A stretch of DNA of 63,202 nucleotides, filler included, from Globobulimina sp. (Eukaryota): NCBI GenBank assembly GCA_003354225.1. It is 56 parts of 56 records of this genome, joined end to end, with 100 filler letters (N's around TTAATTAATTAA, not from the genome) between each part and the next. Parts side by side here need not be neighbours in the genome. Positions count along the whole stretch, not along the records: positions 36,190 to 37,219 come from PIVH01025352.1; positions 37,320 to 38,349 come from PIVH01025353.1; positions 38,450 to 39,479 come from PIVH01025354.1; positions 39,580 to 40,609 come from PIVH01025355.1; positions 40,710 to 41,739 come from PIVH01025356.1; positions 41,840 to 42,869 come from PIVH01025357.1; positions 42,970 to 43,999 come from PIVH01025358.1; positions 44,100 to 45,129 come from PIVH01025359.1; 48 more parts are not named here. One strand, given 5' to 3'. Position numbers and translations under genes: made by a program. Each line of letters starts with the position of its first letter. The stretch's first letter is position 1. Positions 36,090-49,641 of the stretch are shown here, in pieces. The notes beneath the pieces were generated by a model. The model saw nothing but the letters and a program-made list of their open reading frames with translations, had not been told where the DNA came from and did no database searches.

Positions 36090-37321
36090 NNNNNNNNNNN
36101 NNNNNNNNNNNNNNNNNNNNNNNNNNNNNNNNNTTAATTAATTAANNNNNNNNNNNNNNNNNNNNNNNNNNNNNNNNNNNNNNNNNNNNAAAAACAATTC
36201 AGACAAATGCCTCGTAATAAATATATTTCATGGCAAATCAATAAAAAATGTAATTGGTAGCTTGAGAAACGAATCATCATTAAAAACAAATCAATTGTTA
36301 CAAATAACTAAACTTCACAAAAAATACTGCATCCGATCGATCCGCACTACCATCAATGTCCGAACCTAGATAATGTACAGAAACTGACATAATTCGCAAG
36401 CCATCAAATAAAAAGCAACCAATTGGTACCAGTACAGTTTACACTAAAAAATAATTTAAGCCATGTGGTAAATCAAAAACTATCCACATTCGGAATTCGG
36501 ATATTTGATACACATTTTAATGGCTACGAAGTATACAAACACAAATACTAAACTTCATTCAGCTTTCATCGCCTCAGGAAATGTTGGATTATTCTCGCAT
36601 TGCGTTCCCTATTTATTCTGAAACATACAATGATGAGGTTGATGAAGGGGAATATTGCATAAAATACGAATATAAATATGTATAGTTTCAGAGAGTTGAG
36701 GTTGTAATCATATAATTTTACAATCAGGGTTTAAATAAGTGTTAATTGAAAATATCATCAAATCAATAATTAAAATAAAATCAAAAACATACCCATTGTC
36801 ATTCATGCCATCCATATTTAAAACGATCGACGTTGTCTAACAACAAAAACAATAATTATTACAAACATTGGATCGATGAATAAATCTAAAAATAATACAC
36901 AAAATATGATCAGATATTTAGTAGAGATTTGATAATTAATCATAAACTAATTCATATCCGAAAGATGGTACTATTCAATGTTTGTCATCAACACAGAAAA
37001 ACGTACAATAATTAGTCAGCTAAACCTATTTATTATTATTATTATTATTCAATATTACTCATCAAATGTAATTTTCTATTATTTGTGGTTTAATAAAAAG
37101 TCAAGAAAATGGAGTTATTTTAACCTCAGTACTCACCTCAAACTCTCATTAATCAAATACAAAAAGCATAAGGACCGCAAACTGATAATTAAAAAATATC
37201 AAATTGCATTGAGGTATACNNNNNNNNNNNNNNNNNNNNNNNNNNNNNNNNNNNNNNNNNNNNTTAATTAATTAANNNNNNNNNNNNNNNNNNNNNNNNN
37301 NNNNNNNNNNNNNNNNNNNTA

Positions 37322-38327
37322 ATACCCCATGGCGATTTCTCATATGACCCATCACTTGTCCATTATGAAAACGGTTCTGCAGAATTACACAATGCGAGTG
37401 TTGCTGTTGGCGATTGGATAATCAACGAAATGAAACCAGATTTAATATTTCTAACCACCCCTCATGGAATGGCACTGGACAATGATTTCCTGATTTATGA
37501 AAACGAACAAGAATCTGGCTATGCAATGGTCGGGGCAGATTTACACAATAGTTCAGCTAATCTGACCAAAGTGACACTGAATATAACCTCAAATGAGAAT
37601 ATGGCCACTTCATTGACTCAGATATTACGCGCAAAGAACCCAAGCAATGGTAACAATGTTTCGGGCATAGTAGGATTTGCAGACAGTAATCCATTGCCTA
37701 TCAGTTGGGGTGAAATATTGCCTATAAAATACCTTCAAAGTGCCACTGTCAATAATAACCAATCATTATTGCCTGAGTTTATCATATTTTCAATGCCACT
37801 CAGGTATAGTTCATTTTTCCGATGCGCGGAATACAATAAATTTCATTCTGCAAAAGACGGTATAATGATTCAGTGGCGATGAAACAGGAATTATTGGACA
37901 AAGGCTATGATATTTGGAACATATTAAACGACGAAGACATCACAGGTGACATCTGCGGATTTAGCGCACACATATTTTTGTGATAATATCTGCGGATTTA
38001 GCGCACACACACACTGCAAATATAATGCCATACGGGAATTGTACCTGTGCTGAGCCGTATGATATTGTGATTGGGAATTGGATAAAAACCATGAATGCCA
38101 ATTATTTATTGGACACAGCCTCTTCTGAGCAATCCATTGGCGCAATGTCGTGTGGGTACATAGGATTTGTATTATTGCAAGGGATGTTTAATGGAAGTGT
38201 GCACACCAATGGCACAATGAAATTTAAAAATATCAATGCTGTATGGGATTCTCAATTGTTGGCAAACTACCATCCCACATATTATGGCATGGCTGTGGCC
38301 AATTTTACTCGCATAAACATGTACTAA
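37322..38327 (+). CDS. LigB/Memo-fold (extradiol dioxygenase subunit B-like) protein; intron near 37804-37856; local 22-bp duplication disrupts the frame
   Basis: IPHGDF, KPDLIFLTTPHG, WGEILP, IISADLAH, SCG, PTYYGMAVA. Confidence 0.75.
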
Positions 38328-39579
38328 CGACTCAGTGAATAATGACTGCNNNNNNNNNNNNNNNNNNNNNNNNNNNNNNNNNNNNNNNNNNNNTTAATTA
38401 ATTAANNNNNNNNNNNNNNNNNNNNNNNNNNNNNNNNNNNNNNNNNNNNAAAATGCAGTTACTATTAAAACGATCAATCCATAAATTGTCCATGCTAGCC
38501 ATGCTTCAATAGGCTCGGCCATGATTTGAAGTGTTTGAGAATGATAAACTTAAAGTGTTTTTTATATTAATATTATTATCATCGGAGAAGAGGAAACCTG
38601 TACACAATGCGACGTGCAGCTTTTCGGTATTTTGTGTCTGTTATTAATGAAATTTCTTTAAATTTCTAAGTGTGTGTCGTAATATAAATATATAACCGTA
38701 GAATGAATTGGAAGACATTGAGTGTAGCAATTTCAACATCATGTCTATTAACACAATCCAGCGTGGCATTATGTGATAATAATAATATAAACGATAACCA
38801 TTTAACGCCATTCTTAACCAAAGAAATAAGCGCGGATCAATTCATAATCCAAACCCAAGACGAAAACATGCATTTGAAGCAATTTGTGAAACCAGAAAAT
38901 AGTTTTTTAGAATGGGGGATGCATTGCAATGCAAAAGCGCCAAAACAGAATAGCTTCTTTGAAAAAATTAAAATAAAAACAATTAAATTCAGTTCCAACG
39001 TCCAAGTTGCTTTGGACATTGATGGCAATCTATACTGCAAATACAACAATGTTTGGTTTGTTTTTATGTGCTAACAAATACTTTGCACAAAACGTACAAA
39101 TAAATAATAGGATGAATGGGTCAAAGTAACTGATTTCAAGTATTTTTTAGATGTCGCAATCACAAATGACACAATATACTTAATCGACTACAAAGGACAT
39201 TTAATCGAGTTGCAATATCATAATTTGCCCAACAAATATGACGATCCATGCATTGATAAATCATTACAACGGCAACAGCAATCCCAAAGAGATGAAATAT
39301 TGGAGCAAAACATCCAAAACTGTCTGGATCACCGACGCAAAAAATCATTCTCATCCATGCCAATCAATAATTATCACAAGTATTTGCGTGAAGAATATGA
39401 ATGGAAATCGAGTCGGGAATTTGCGCATTTTTTGAATCTAAAATATAACAAAAACGAATTCGAATTGAATGACATCAATNNNNNNNNNNNNNNNNNNNNN
39501 NNNNNNNNNNNNNNNNNNNNNNNTTAATTAATTAANNNNNNNNNNNNNNNNNNNNNNNNNNNNNNNNNNNNNNNNNNNN

Positions 39580-40609
39580 TTGTGGCCAAAGAAGGAGGCA
39601 CAGACATTTAAGAATTATTTAGAAGAATATAACAAGTTATTTGCACAAAATAAAGTGATCGATAACGAGCAATTATTATAAAAACACAACATAACAACAC
39701 AAGCGATCTACGAAAGTGGCCAGGAATTACGCGATCAGATAATATCAAACACATCGCAGGATATCCTCGGCTTAAAAATTGGTAACAAATTCACAACGAA
39801 GCCGTGGATGACAGAGGAAATAAAAGAAGCGATCAAAACAGCAAAGGATTATAGAATAAAATGGAAACAATATTCAAGAAGAAAGAAAAGTAAATTCAAA
39901 CATAAATTAACTGAGCTTGAGCAGAATGCCTATTATCATGAAGAAAATGGCCGTATGCTATGGATTGACAGCTATTTACAATCAAATATTATTAATGCAA
40001 GCACTGACTTCAAGACAATTAATCAAATTATAAATTATGGAGTAAAGCAAACAGATTATATTCCGACGTTAATTGATTCAAACGGTACAATTATTGCTGA
40101 GTCATCAAAAGAAAAAGCAAATGTTTTACTAAATCACAAATTACGATTCGAAAACAGAGTATTCTCGACCAACGATATGCGCATTGAAGAAAATCATCAA
40201 ATAAAAGACACATTAATTAATTGGAAGAAGCAGAGACAAAATAATATCATTTCACATAAATTAGTGCGTGAGCTGCGTTTTGCAAATGCGCCATTACCAA
40301 ACAGTGAAATTAGAAAATCCGTATTCTCGTTTGGTGAAAATAAAGCAATTTGTCACAATTTCATATCAAACAAAGTGATGCAAAGAAACTACGACGTAAT
40401 TGAGGAACCACTAAATTTGTTATATAACATGTTATATCTCAATGGATTGAGAATGAATGAATCCAATTATGGTGAAATCCACTTTATTCCCAAGAGTGGT
40501 AAGGATAAGCGACAGATGAAAAATCTGAGACCATTGCAAATTGGCTCAAATTTTATTAAACCTTTAGATAAAATTATTGCTCGTCGTACGCTCCGATTCG
40601 CAGTGAATA
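39580..40609 (+). mobile_element. Non-LTR retrotransposon ORF2 (linker to RT domains 0-2), with one in-frame stop at 39679
   Basis: KPWMTEEIK, EKANVL, IPKSGKDKRQMKNLRPLQI..KPLDKII. Confidence 0.75.
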
Positions 40610-40869
40610 NNNNNNNNNNNNNNNNNNNNNNNNNNNNNNNNNNNNNNNNNNNNTTAATTAATTAANNNNNNNNNNNNNNNNNNNNNNNNNNNNNNNNNNN
40701 NNNNNNNNNTATAGTCGGTAATGAATAGGATAGGATGTACAGTAAGTAAATGTTCTAATATGAGACTAAATGCCAAATAAATATTTTAAAAAAAAAACTA
40801 ATAAAACATACAAATAAAGCATACCAAATAACTCAAATCTATAATATACGATCTTAAGCAGTTTCTTAA

Positions 40870-41739
40870 CTAGACTTTACTCTCAGCTGCATGACCCATT
40901 AGTTCTGATTCTTCATGAATAAGAGAGTTTGAATGTTTGACTGAGTACCGAGTGTTTGTACATGAAAGTGATGTTGTGGTTCTACTTCTTTCCTTAACAG
41001 GATCAGCAAGGACAAGTCTTCCCCTCTTTAAATTGATTAAAAAGTTCCACCCGACATCCCGATACCATTTCAACACCAGTAAACTAGTGATTCCATCAAA
41101 CACTGGATTGGACCACATTCCAATATGGCACATTGTATCCAGCCACCTGTTTTCAAAGCCTCCTAATGCATGTGAAATGGCGTATACTAGCAATGGGCCA
41201 CTACATATTAACACTAGGGCTGTCTAAAATTGCTTTTTTTAAATATAAATATATATTTAAATATTTTTAAATATAATATTTTCTATATTAAAGAAAATAT
41301 ACAGTACAATGGCGAAAATGTCATAACATTTAGTCATACTTTATACCGCCTGTATAGCTCATCAAATCAGTACACCTTCTTACCTGAATCCAAAGAGCTC
41401 GAATCATCTCTTGATTCTCCTTTATCTTCCTTTCTTCAATATGACTCAATACTTCCAACGCATGCTTCTTCAACTGTCTACTCATACGAATAGTGCAATA
41501 GACTGCAAGACACTGCATCATATTACAGCTTGCTCCTTGTAGCACAGTAGTTACACCAGAAAGAACTGTCAATCGGTGTACTGTAGTGCAATACCATGGT
41601 TGTATGGGCAGTTTCGAAGGTTCATCTAACATAAACGGGATAAGAAAAGCGATGGAAATGAGATGCGAAGCTAAATTCATAGTGGCGATTTTCCCTTTTG
41701 TGTAGATCTTCTTGTACAGAGTGCTACTGTGACAGATGG
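40870..41739 (-). CDS. Nematode-type serpentine 7TM chemoreceptor, 5'-truncated; intron 41224-41383
   Basis: Multiple TM segments; RALWIQ|gtaaga...ttttag|TALVLICSGP; NPVFDGITSLLVLKWYR. Confidence 0.65.
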
Positions 41740-41839
41740 NNNNNNNNNNNNNNNNNNNNNNNNNNNNNNNNNNNNNNNNNNNNTTAATTAATTAANNNNN
41801 NNNNNNNNNNNNNNNNNNNNNNNNNNNNNNNNNNNNNNN

Positions 41840-42479
41840 AATAATCAGTATGTGGTATATTAGCCTTGAAATCACTCATCTTTTTGGATGTATATCCATT
41901 AATTAAGTATCCAATGACAAAATACATTGATAACACACTTACAAATATTATTAAAAATATGCTGCCACCACTTAATCCATGTTCATCTGAATGGTGTAAA
42001 TCAGCAGTGACACATGCTAAATATGTAGTAATTTCTAAATAATATGCACTTGCTCCTTCATCACAGCTCACATCAGAAATCAGCTTTGTTCCATGAGGAT
42101 CACAAATAAATGTAATAAGAGTGTTACTGTTACTTGCATCCAAACCATTTGTATAATTAAATTGATACATATATGCATGCCCTGTAGTATCATTTATAAA
42201 TTCCTTTGGTAGTGTTTTCTCATTGTCCCATTTTGCTGCAACTGTACACTCATCAGTTTCGGTGTTATATTCAATGACCATTGCCATTGCCACATTACCT
42301 CCCGATACACATTCTATATTGTTGTTACATGGCGTATACTGTAAACTTAATTGGTTTCCATATTGGCATGTCATTGGTGGAAGATTCGTTAATGGAGTCA
42401 AGGAAAATTTATCCCAATTACAACCATTCACGCGCATTAAAATGCAAATCAGTACATGCAACTGAACGCAAATAGTCAT
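41840..42479 (-). CDS. Mannose-6-phosphate receptor/ATG27-like type I membrane protein, partial
   Basis: Signal peptide, Cys-containing MRH-like domain, GLSGGSIFLIIF..YFVIGYLIN..IPH. Confidence 0.8.
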
Positions 42480-43115
42480 GATTATGCTAGTAGTACTGGG
42501 TAGGTTTTATGCTAAACTTTTGTGCTTCACGCAATCTGTAGAGAATGAATTCACCCACAAAGTTCCAGACATTATTTAAATTTCCAGGGTCGTCAATTCC
42601 ATCTTTAGCACATCCGCCAAACAACAGCAACAAAAAAACGAATGTAATCTCACAAATTCCGTACTCATCCTTGTTACCAAACATTCCGCCAAACCACATG
42701 CCCTCTCATCCAATAACACCACATAATGTTAGAAACATTAATAATATGAATAACATTAATATACCAAATCTAAACAATATGACAATACCTCCACCGCCAT
42801 CAACATTCGATGTGTTGAGTCCAAGAAAGGTTGTTAGCCCTTTGAAGCCACCACAATTATTGAATAAACNNNNNNNNNNNNNNNNNNNNNNNNNNNNNNN
42901 NNNNNNNNNNNNNTTAATTAATTAANNNNNNNNNNNNNNNNNNNNNNNNNNNNNNNNNNNNNNNNNNNNCGTCTATAGTTTTTCTTCTGAATCATATTCC
43001 AACTATTTTCAAGGTAAAATGGATCTAACATGTGACAAAAATCTACTTTGTGATTGATCAAATCATATATATACAAAAAAGCTGAGAAAAAAATCACTAT
43101 TTATAATTATATTAA

Positions 43116-43826
43116 TTAAAAAGGGAAGGAACAATACTCTTCATTTTGTAGAGGATTTTCTATATCAAAATTTCTCTGCAAATTTTCATTACCATTTATC
43201 AGTACGTCTTCCATAAAATTATCAGACCGGGCACCACTAAAATCACTAATTGCAATGAAAATATCCTCTCCATTTATGGGATTATATTGTTTATCGATAA
43301 ATTCATCGATATTCAGTCCTGTTTTAACATTAGAAACACCTGAAATATCAAAATTATCATCACCTACAAAGACAATAAAAGCAGCTTTTGGGAATGGGAT
43401 ATTATCCATCGATGTTACTATAGATAAGTCACTCAGTAATTTTTCAACTACTAAACCAGATGCAATCTCTAAACCTGTTCGATAAAAAGCATCCTCATTC
43501 TCCATTTTTATGCTTGTATGCATTGGATAATCATCTCCTATCTGTTGTAAATTATATATTAATGGTAAATATTTATTATATACATACACATGCAAACAAG
43601 TCAAAGTATGATTTGTCTGCGAATTATCAATAATAAATTCACTCAAAACCAAATCATTTGAAGCTGGTCCAAAAGATTGAATGCTATTATTTATCCAAAA
43701 CGTATCATCAAAAATTAGATTTACTTTTGCATTAAAAACACCATACAATGAATTTACCAAATTATTCATCGTCGTCACGTTTAATACCGGCGATTTTTCA
43801 ATTAATTTCTTCATCGCCACCGGAGG
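43116..43826 (-). CDS. Hypothetical protein, terminal exon
   Basis: 234-aa open frame preceded by an intron-like segment. Confidence 0.4.
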   Translation of the reverse strand, partial: PPVAMKKLIEKSPVLNVTTMNNLVNSLYGVFNAKVNLIFDDTFWINNSIQSFGPASNDLVLSEFIIDNSQTNHTLTCLHVYVYNKYLPLIYNLQQIGDDYPMHTSIKMENEDAFYRTGLEIASGLVVEKLLSDLSIVTSMDNIPFPKAAFIVFVGDDNFDISGVSNVKTGLNIDEFIDKQYNPINGEDIFIAISDFSGARSDNFMEDVLINGNENLQRNFDIENPLQNEEYCSFPF

Positions 43827-44101
43827 TACACTTTGATATTAAAACGTAAACACAACAAAACAACGTATGTATACAATATATATACAGTACCTTAATATGA
43901 CTTTATTTGATTTATAATAATATTCGCCATCATTGATTTCAATCAAATATTGATTATCATTATATTTATCAATTGCTGTTACTTTGTGATTTAACAAAAN
44001 NNNNNNNNNNNNNNNNNNNNNNNNNNNNNNNNNNNNNNNNNNNTTAATTAATTAANNNNNNNNNNNNNNNNNNNNNNNNNNNNNNNNNNNNNNNNNNNNT
44101 C

Positions 44102-45129
44102 ACAATGCATATATGTCAATGCAAAGATCCATTGAGCACAAAGGCATTGACATTGTTATTAAATAATGATTTGTTGGGTGAATATGGAAAACTTAATTTA
44201 TTTATGCAAACAGCAGAGGGCGGAGATAAAAACTGTGCAATGCATTGTGCCTTTGCTAATATTTACAGTCAACACATATTGCAGATATTAAGATATTTTA
44301 ATAAAAATAATAAAATGTTGATGGAATTACTTTTGGTGCAGAATGTTGAAGGAAACTGCCCGTTGGCTCTCGCAGTGGATCCTAATGTATTATTGCGAGT
44401 CTTTTATTATTTTAGAAATTCACGGTTACGGCTGATGCGTTTGTTGGCTTTAAAAAATAAGAAAGGCCGCAGTGTGTTTGGTATTCTTTTGCAAAGTTTT
44501 AGTCAACAAATTGAATATTCCGCAATCAAACCATTACAATATATTTTAAGCGATAAAGTGTCATTGACCGATAAAGATAAACTTGAATTATTTTTGAATT
44601 GCGATGACGAGGGCGATATACCTTTAATGTATACGGATGATGACATTTGCTGTGAAATGTTGAATCATTTTAAAAATAGCAAAGAATCATTAATGGAATT
44701 ATTAACATTTGAAAACAAAGAAAAAAGAACAGCATTAATGTTTGTTCAGCGGCGCAGAAACGCAAAGTGGAAAACATTAAATTTCATATTAAATAGTCAC
44801 ATTTTGGACGACAAGGATAAATTCAAATTATTGGCACATTGTGATGTCGCAGGCAAATCTGTATTATATCACACTGCGTCGTGTTGTGCTGATATACGAT
44901 TTTATGGCACCTATTTTAAGGAGTTATTGAATGATATATTAACAATACGAATTATCGAATATTTATCGAGTTTAAAAGATGGAAACAAAAAACTACGACG
45001 CATTTTATTGCAAGCAACCAGCGGCGGGGACACTTTTTTGATGGCTGCTGTCAAAAAAAGAGGAATATTCGCAAAGATATTACAATGTTTGCAAATGGTG
45101 AATGATAATAAACTTATTTCAGATTTATT
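44102..45129 (+). CDS. Divergent ankyrin-repeat protein, internal fragment
   Basis: Repeated GNCPLALA, GDIPLMY, RTALMF, GKSVLYH, GDTFLMAA. Confidence 0.7.
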
Positions 45130-46156
45130 NNNNNNNNNNNNNNNNNNNNNNNNNNNNNNNNNNNNNNNNNNNNTTAATTAATTAANNNNNNNNNNNNNNN
45201 NNNNNNNNNNNNNNNNNNNNNNNNNNNNNAATTTGGGATAATAATCGGATCCGGAACCAATTTATAATTATTACCAACCAATTCCGCCATACGCCATCGT
45301 TCTGAGAATATTATATTTTATTTTATACATTCACAACACACACACAAACCAAAACATAATAATAGAAACGTATCTGCTTTAATTCGAATTCTCTCCATGT
45401 GACATGATTTAAGATGCAGCTTACTACAGTTTTTGAAAATGTGGCAGACAGCTTAACATTTTGTACGACCTGTACAAATAAAAGGGAAAATAATTAAATT
45501 ATAATTTGATGATTATGCAATTGCAAACTTAACTTGTTGTAGCTAGCAGCAGCAGGCCAGCAGCTTGCTTGCTATTTTTGTTTTTTTCTATTTAAATATA
45601 AATAAATAATAGGCATGACCCACATTTCGAATCTAGTTACTGTCAGTATACCGACAACGTGTATTTTGGTCAACGACGGTTGATGTTTGAACCAAAATAC
45701 CTATCCGTAATATTTGTATAAAATTCAGTTATTATCCCCAAATCCATTAATTTTATAATGAAAAGCATGCGGCATTCAATTAAGTTTAGGAAAAAGGTGT
45801 TAATTTGAAGGTTTTGTGTGTGAAAGTTTTTACATTTGGGATCTAGAGACAATATTAACTGATTATACGCTATATATTTGTTATTAATATTGGTATCTGT
45901 TATGTCTATCAATTATTAATTTATGCAATCAAAGTCATGATCAAAAGCACATCATTTATTGCATGAAAAAAAAGTAAGAAAGTTACATTCAATCTTCGTC
46001 GATGTTATTGGATATTAAACAAAGCAAGAAAAGAACTGGAAACCATGCATTTTTTGTAAAAGATTATGGATTTGGAGGCAACAAAAATAATTTCAAATTG
46101 CACCGCCAGATGGTTCATTCACAACCAACAGCCAGCCAGCCAGCCAGACACACCCA

Positions 46157-46194
46157 CACCGCACCGCACCGCATCGCACCGCACCGCACCGCAC
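46157..46194. repeat. (ACCGC)n microsatellite
   Basis: About 7 pentamer units seen directly. Confidence 0.9.
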
Positions 46195-46364
46195 CTCCAC
46201 CCAACCCCCCTTTAGCCACTACAAACGTCATCGGTCAAGCTATGATTATACTGAATAAANNNNNNNNNNNNNNNNNNNNNNNNNNNNNNNNNNNNNNNNN
46301 NNNTTAATTAATTAANNNNNNNNNNNNNNNNNNNNNNNNNNNNNNNNNNNNNNNNNNNNTCAAA

Positions 46365-46472
46365 TGACTTTTTAGGCTTAAACTTCTAAACACTTCTTTT
46401 GTGATTGGCAAGGTTTTTGGGTTAGCTAGAGTGGTTTTTAGAAGTGTTTAGAAGTTTAAGCCTAAAAAGTCA
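46365..46472. repeat. Perfect 33-bp inverted repeat with 42-bp spacer (MITE-like)
   Basis: TGACTTTTTAGGCTTAAACTTCTAAACACTTCT at 46365-46397 and its reverse complement at 46440-46472. Confidence 0.85.
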
Positions 46473-46505
46473 AATGGGTAACAAGAAAACAAAAAACGTT
46501 TCTAA

Positions 46506-47276
46506 CTAAAGGACCAACAATGAGGCCATAACCATTGTACCACAGAACACTCCCAAAAAAAGTTTATTATTCTTATTGTACATTCTCATTAAAGGTTCGG
46601 CCATATTTATTTGTTGTTGATACGATATTTTCCCAGCACATCCTGGTCTAAATAAAATGCATGAAAAATATACAATTTCAATCATAAATATTACATAATT
46701 GAAAATAAGCGAATTCCATAAATCTCTGTCAGAAATAATGTCATCGTATGACTGAGATACATATCGTATGGTTATAAATAAAATTGAATAAACTGAGATT
46801 ATGAATCTTATGCAAGTATCAATTGCACCACGCACTTTCCACTGAGTAATGTTTGATTTTTTCTCCCTTTGCAATCCCTTATTTCCAGTCCAATTGAAAT
46901 ATGCCGAACTCATTCTTATCGAATCTTGAAATATTTGCAACAAAATATGTATGAATCCGATGATAGGAAATGACCACAACGCATCATCGTCACCATCCAC
47001 ATCAAACCCATACCGAAGCGTAAACATTCGAACATTACACCAATAAAACGACGACATTAATATTTCTGTAATAATTTCAAACGAGAAATTTGGAACAATT
47101 ATAGCTGTATCAATTTTCCTCGCACTTCGTTTCAATATCCATTTAGAGGCAAAGTATATAACCACCAGCATTGAGTAGAAAATAACTCCGAAATCATCAT
47201 ATTGTTTGTCGTTTACAGTCAAGATTACAAACCATAAAAGCAATAATACGCAAAATACAAAACAATATAATGCCAT
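46506..47276 (-). CDS. Multi-pass membrane protein, terminal exon
   Basis: About 6-7 hydrophobic segments. Confidence 0.6.
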   Translation of the reverse strand: MALYCFVFCVLLLLWFVILTVNDKQYDDFGVIFYSMLVVIYFASKWILKRSARKIDTAIIVPNFSFEIITEILMSSFYWCNVRMFTLRYGFDVDGDDDALWSFPIIGFIHILLQIFQDSIRMSSAYFNWTGNKGLQREKKSNITQWKVRGAIDTCIRFIISVYSILFITIRYVSQSYDDIISDRDLWNSLIFNYVIFMIEIVYFSCILFRPGCAGKISYQQQINMAEPLMRMYNKNNKLFLGVFCGTMVMASLLVL

Positions 47277-47951
47277 ATATATCTGAACTACAGCAAATTA
47301 AATTAATTATATATATATATATATATGTATGTATATATGTAGTTATATATGTACCTCTTCGTGCAGCTTGCTCCAATTCTGGATAAGTTNNNNNNNNNNN
47401 NNNNNNNNNNNNNNNNNNNNNNNNNNNNNNNNNTTAATTAATTAANNNNNNNNNNNNNNNNNNNNNNNNNNNNNNNNNNNNNNNNNNNNGTCGAGTATTT
47501 GAATGTTGATTTGTTCGGCATTTAATGGGACATTTAATTTATAACAGACAAGCAAGCACCAGATGCATGCTGATATTATAAAAAAAATGGATTTCAGACT
47601 CAAAGCTGTCATTGTCAACCAAAGGTTAGCTAACTTCACTAGTTTTAAAAACAATTAATGCACGCATTTCTTCCTATGGTGAAACAAAATGAAATTCAAA
47701 TTAACGAAAAATAAATAAAAACAAATACATATTTCGATATAGAAACACACATTCGAGTAAACCCAACATACATAAATGTTGTAAATTTGTTGCAACACAC
47801 GTCCAAGGTCTAAAACTGAAACCTTTGACGGTCACAAACACAAAACAGAATAAACGAGAAAGTATTTATATAAAAATATACACTCACACACAAATAATAA
47901 ATTAATGAAATCACTCACAGGGAAATATCAAATATACCAAATACAACCAAT

Positions 47952-48452
47952 CTAAAAACATTTTCTATGAACAATGCCAGGGCCACTCTCATCGTATTCA
48001 TTTTTAGTAATCCACATCTCCTGAAAAGTAGACAGCGAACTTAATATACTGCCACCAATCCACACTGAATACTTTCTTTCCGCGGGGGCTACAATTTTAA
48101 CTTTAACAGAGGCCGGAGCTAATTGCTTCATTTCATTTAATAAACGCACATCAATGCCGGGGAACATCGTGGAACCTCCACTTAACACACAATTCGTATA
48201 CAAATCTTTACGAATATCAATATCGCATTTCATGATGGAATCATACGTTAATTTATGTATTCCCGCACTCTCTTTACCGATTAAACCAGGTTGGAATAAT
48301 ACTTCTGAGCAACGAAATCTTTCTGCTCCGATAGTGATCACCTGACCATCGGGTAATTCATAATCCTTTTCAATATCTGATGAAGTCTCCGATTTTGCCA
48401 TTTCTTCATCAAAATTCAAGGCAACGTAGGCTAAATTCTCTTCGATGCCACG
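47952..48452 (-). CDS. act: Actin, C-terminal part (divergent protist type)
   Basis: [65 protein letters not shown]. Confidence 0.97.
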   Translation of the reverse strand, partial: RGIEENLAYVALNFDEEMAKSETSSDIEKDYELPDGQVITIGAERFRCSEVLFQPGLIGKESAGIHKLTYDSIMKCDIDIRKDLYTNCVLSGGSTMFPGIDVRLLNEMKQLAPASVKVKIVAPAERKYSVWIGGSILSSLSTFQEMWITKNEYDESGPGIVHRKCF

Positions 48453-48619
48453 TAACAAAAACAAAAAAAAACAAAAGTGCGATTTCGCGTAAATGTGTTT
48501 ATGCGTATTTGCGTACATANNNNNNNNNNNNNNNNNNNNNNNNNNNNNNNNNNNNNNNNNNNNTTAATTAATTAANNNNNNNNNNNNNNNNNNNNNNNNN
48601 NNNNNNNNNNNNNNNNNNN

Positions 48620-49641
48620 GCCGCTTCTTCTTCTTCGCCGCCTCCGCGTTTTCCACATTCTGCTCTTTCTCCGCACGCGATTTCAACTTATTGGTCGATT
48701 CCGGCGCCATTTCGCTCTGCGCCTTGTTCAATTTCAACGCATCTTTACCTCGCTTAGACTTTGCTTTTTTAAGCGGGATATCATCTATGTACCAACAACA
48801 AAAATGTAAACCAGTGTCAAACGGTACGTATACGCAAATTCGCAGTATATACGTACCAAAATCAGCAAAGCTGTTCATAAACGAGCCCGACAACGTGACG
48901 CTATGCTTACCGCTGCCCTTCAAAGACCGTCTTTTCTTCAATTTCTTGGACTTCTCGCCTTTGCCTCGCGGTGCCGGCAATAACACGGTGCTGGATTTGG
49001 ACTGTGTGGATTTCTCAGATGAGGACTTGGACAGCTTCATCAGCAACAATTCCCTGGCTCTTCTGGGCGACAAATTGCCCGATTTATCCACGCCGAAGCC
49101 GTTGGAGCCGTTGCCGTTGGAGGTGGTGGTGTTTGCATTGTCCTCGTCGGCGAAGAGGATGTCCTGCGTAGCCACGGAGGTGTGATGCGGAGGGAGTCTA
49201 TGGTTTTGCTGCGGGTCGGCTTTGTTGTCGTCGTCGAAGAAGGCGAAGGGATCGTCCGTGGGCTCATTTGGATGCGTGGTGATGGTATTGATGGAATGGC
49301 CGAACCAGTTTGGTAGGTCGGTGGGGTCGGACTGTGTGGGCGAATATGAGTTTGTCATGTCGATTTTGGGCGCGTTGGCCTGTGGAGACGTCGCCTGCTT
49401 TCTGTATATTTAGATTTATGGTCATATATATATTCGCAAAATCGCATAGGCCATGGCTTAACGGGTCAGCGGTTACTGTGACTTTCATGGATTTGGGCTG
49501 CGGTGCTTGGGTTTGGTTGGTGGCATGGCCGAGGATGTCGGCGAATGGATTCACGTAATTTGTATTGGTTTGATGGTTGTTTTGTGTTTTTTTGTATTTT
49601 TTTTTAGCCTCAAATGCGAGATATGAGGCAAACTCTGCCAT
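48620..49641 (-). CDS. Low-complexity disordered protein with short introns (NPF/DPF motifs)
   Basis: Consecutive ORFs separated by GT-AG segments; VNPFAD, DDPFAFF. Confidence 0.45.
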
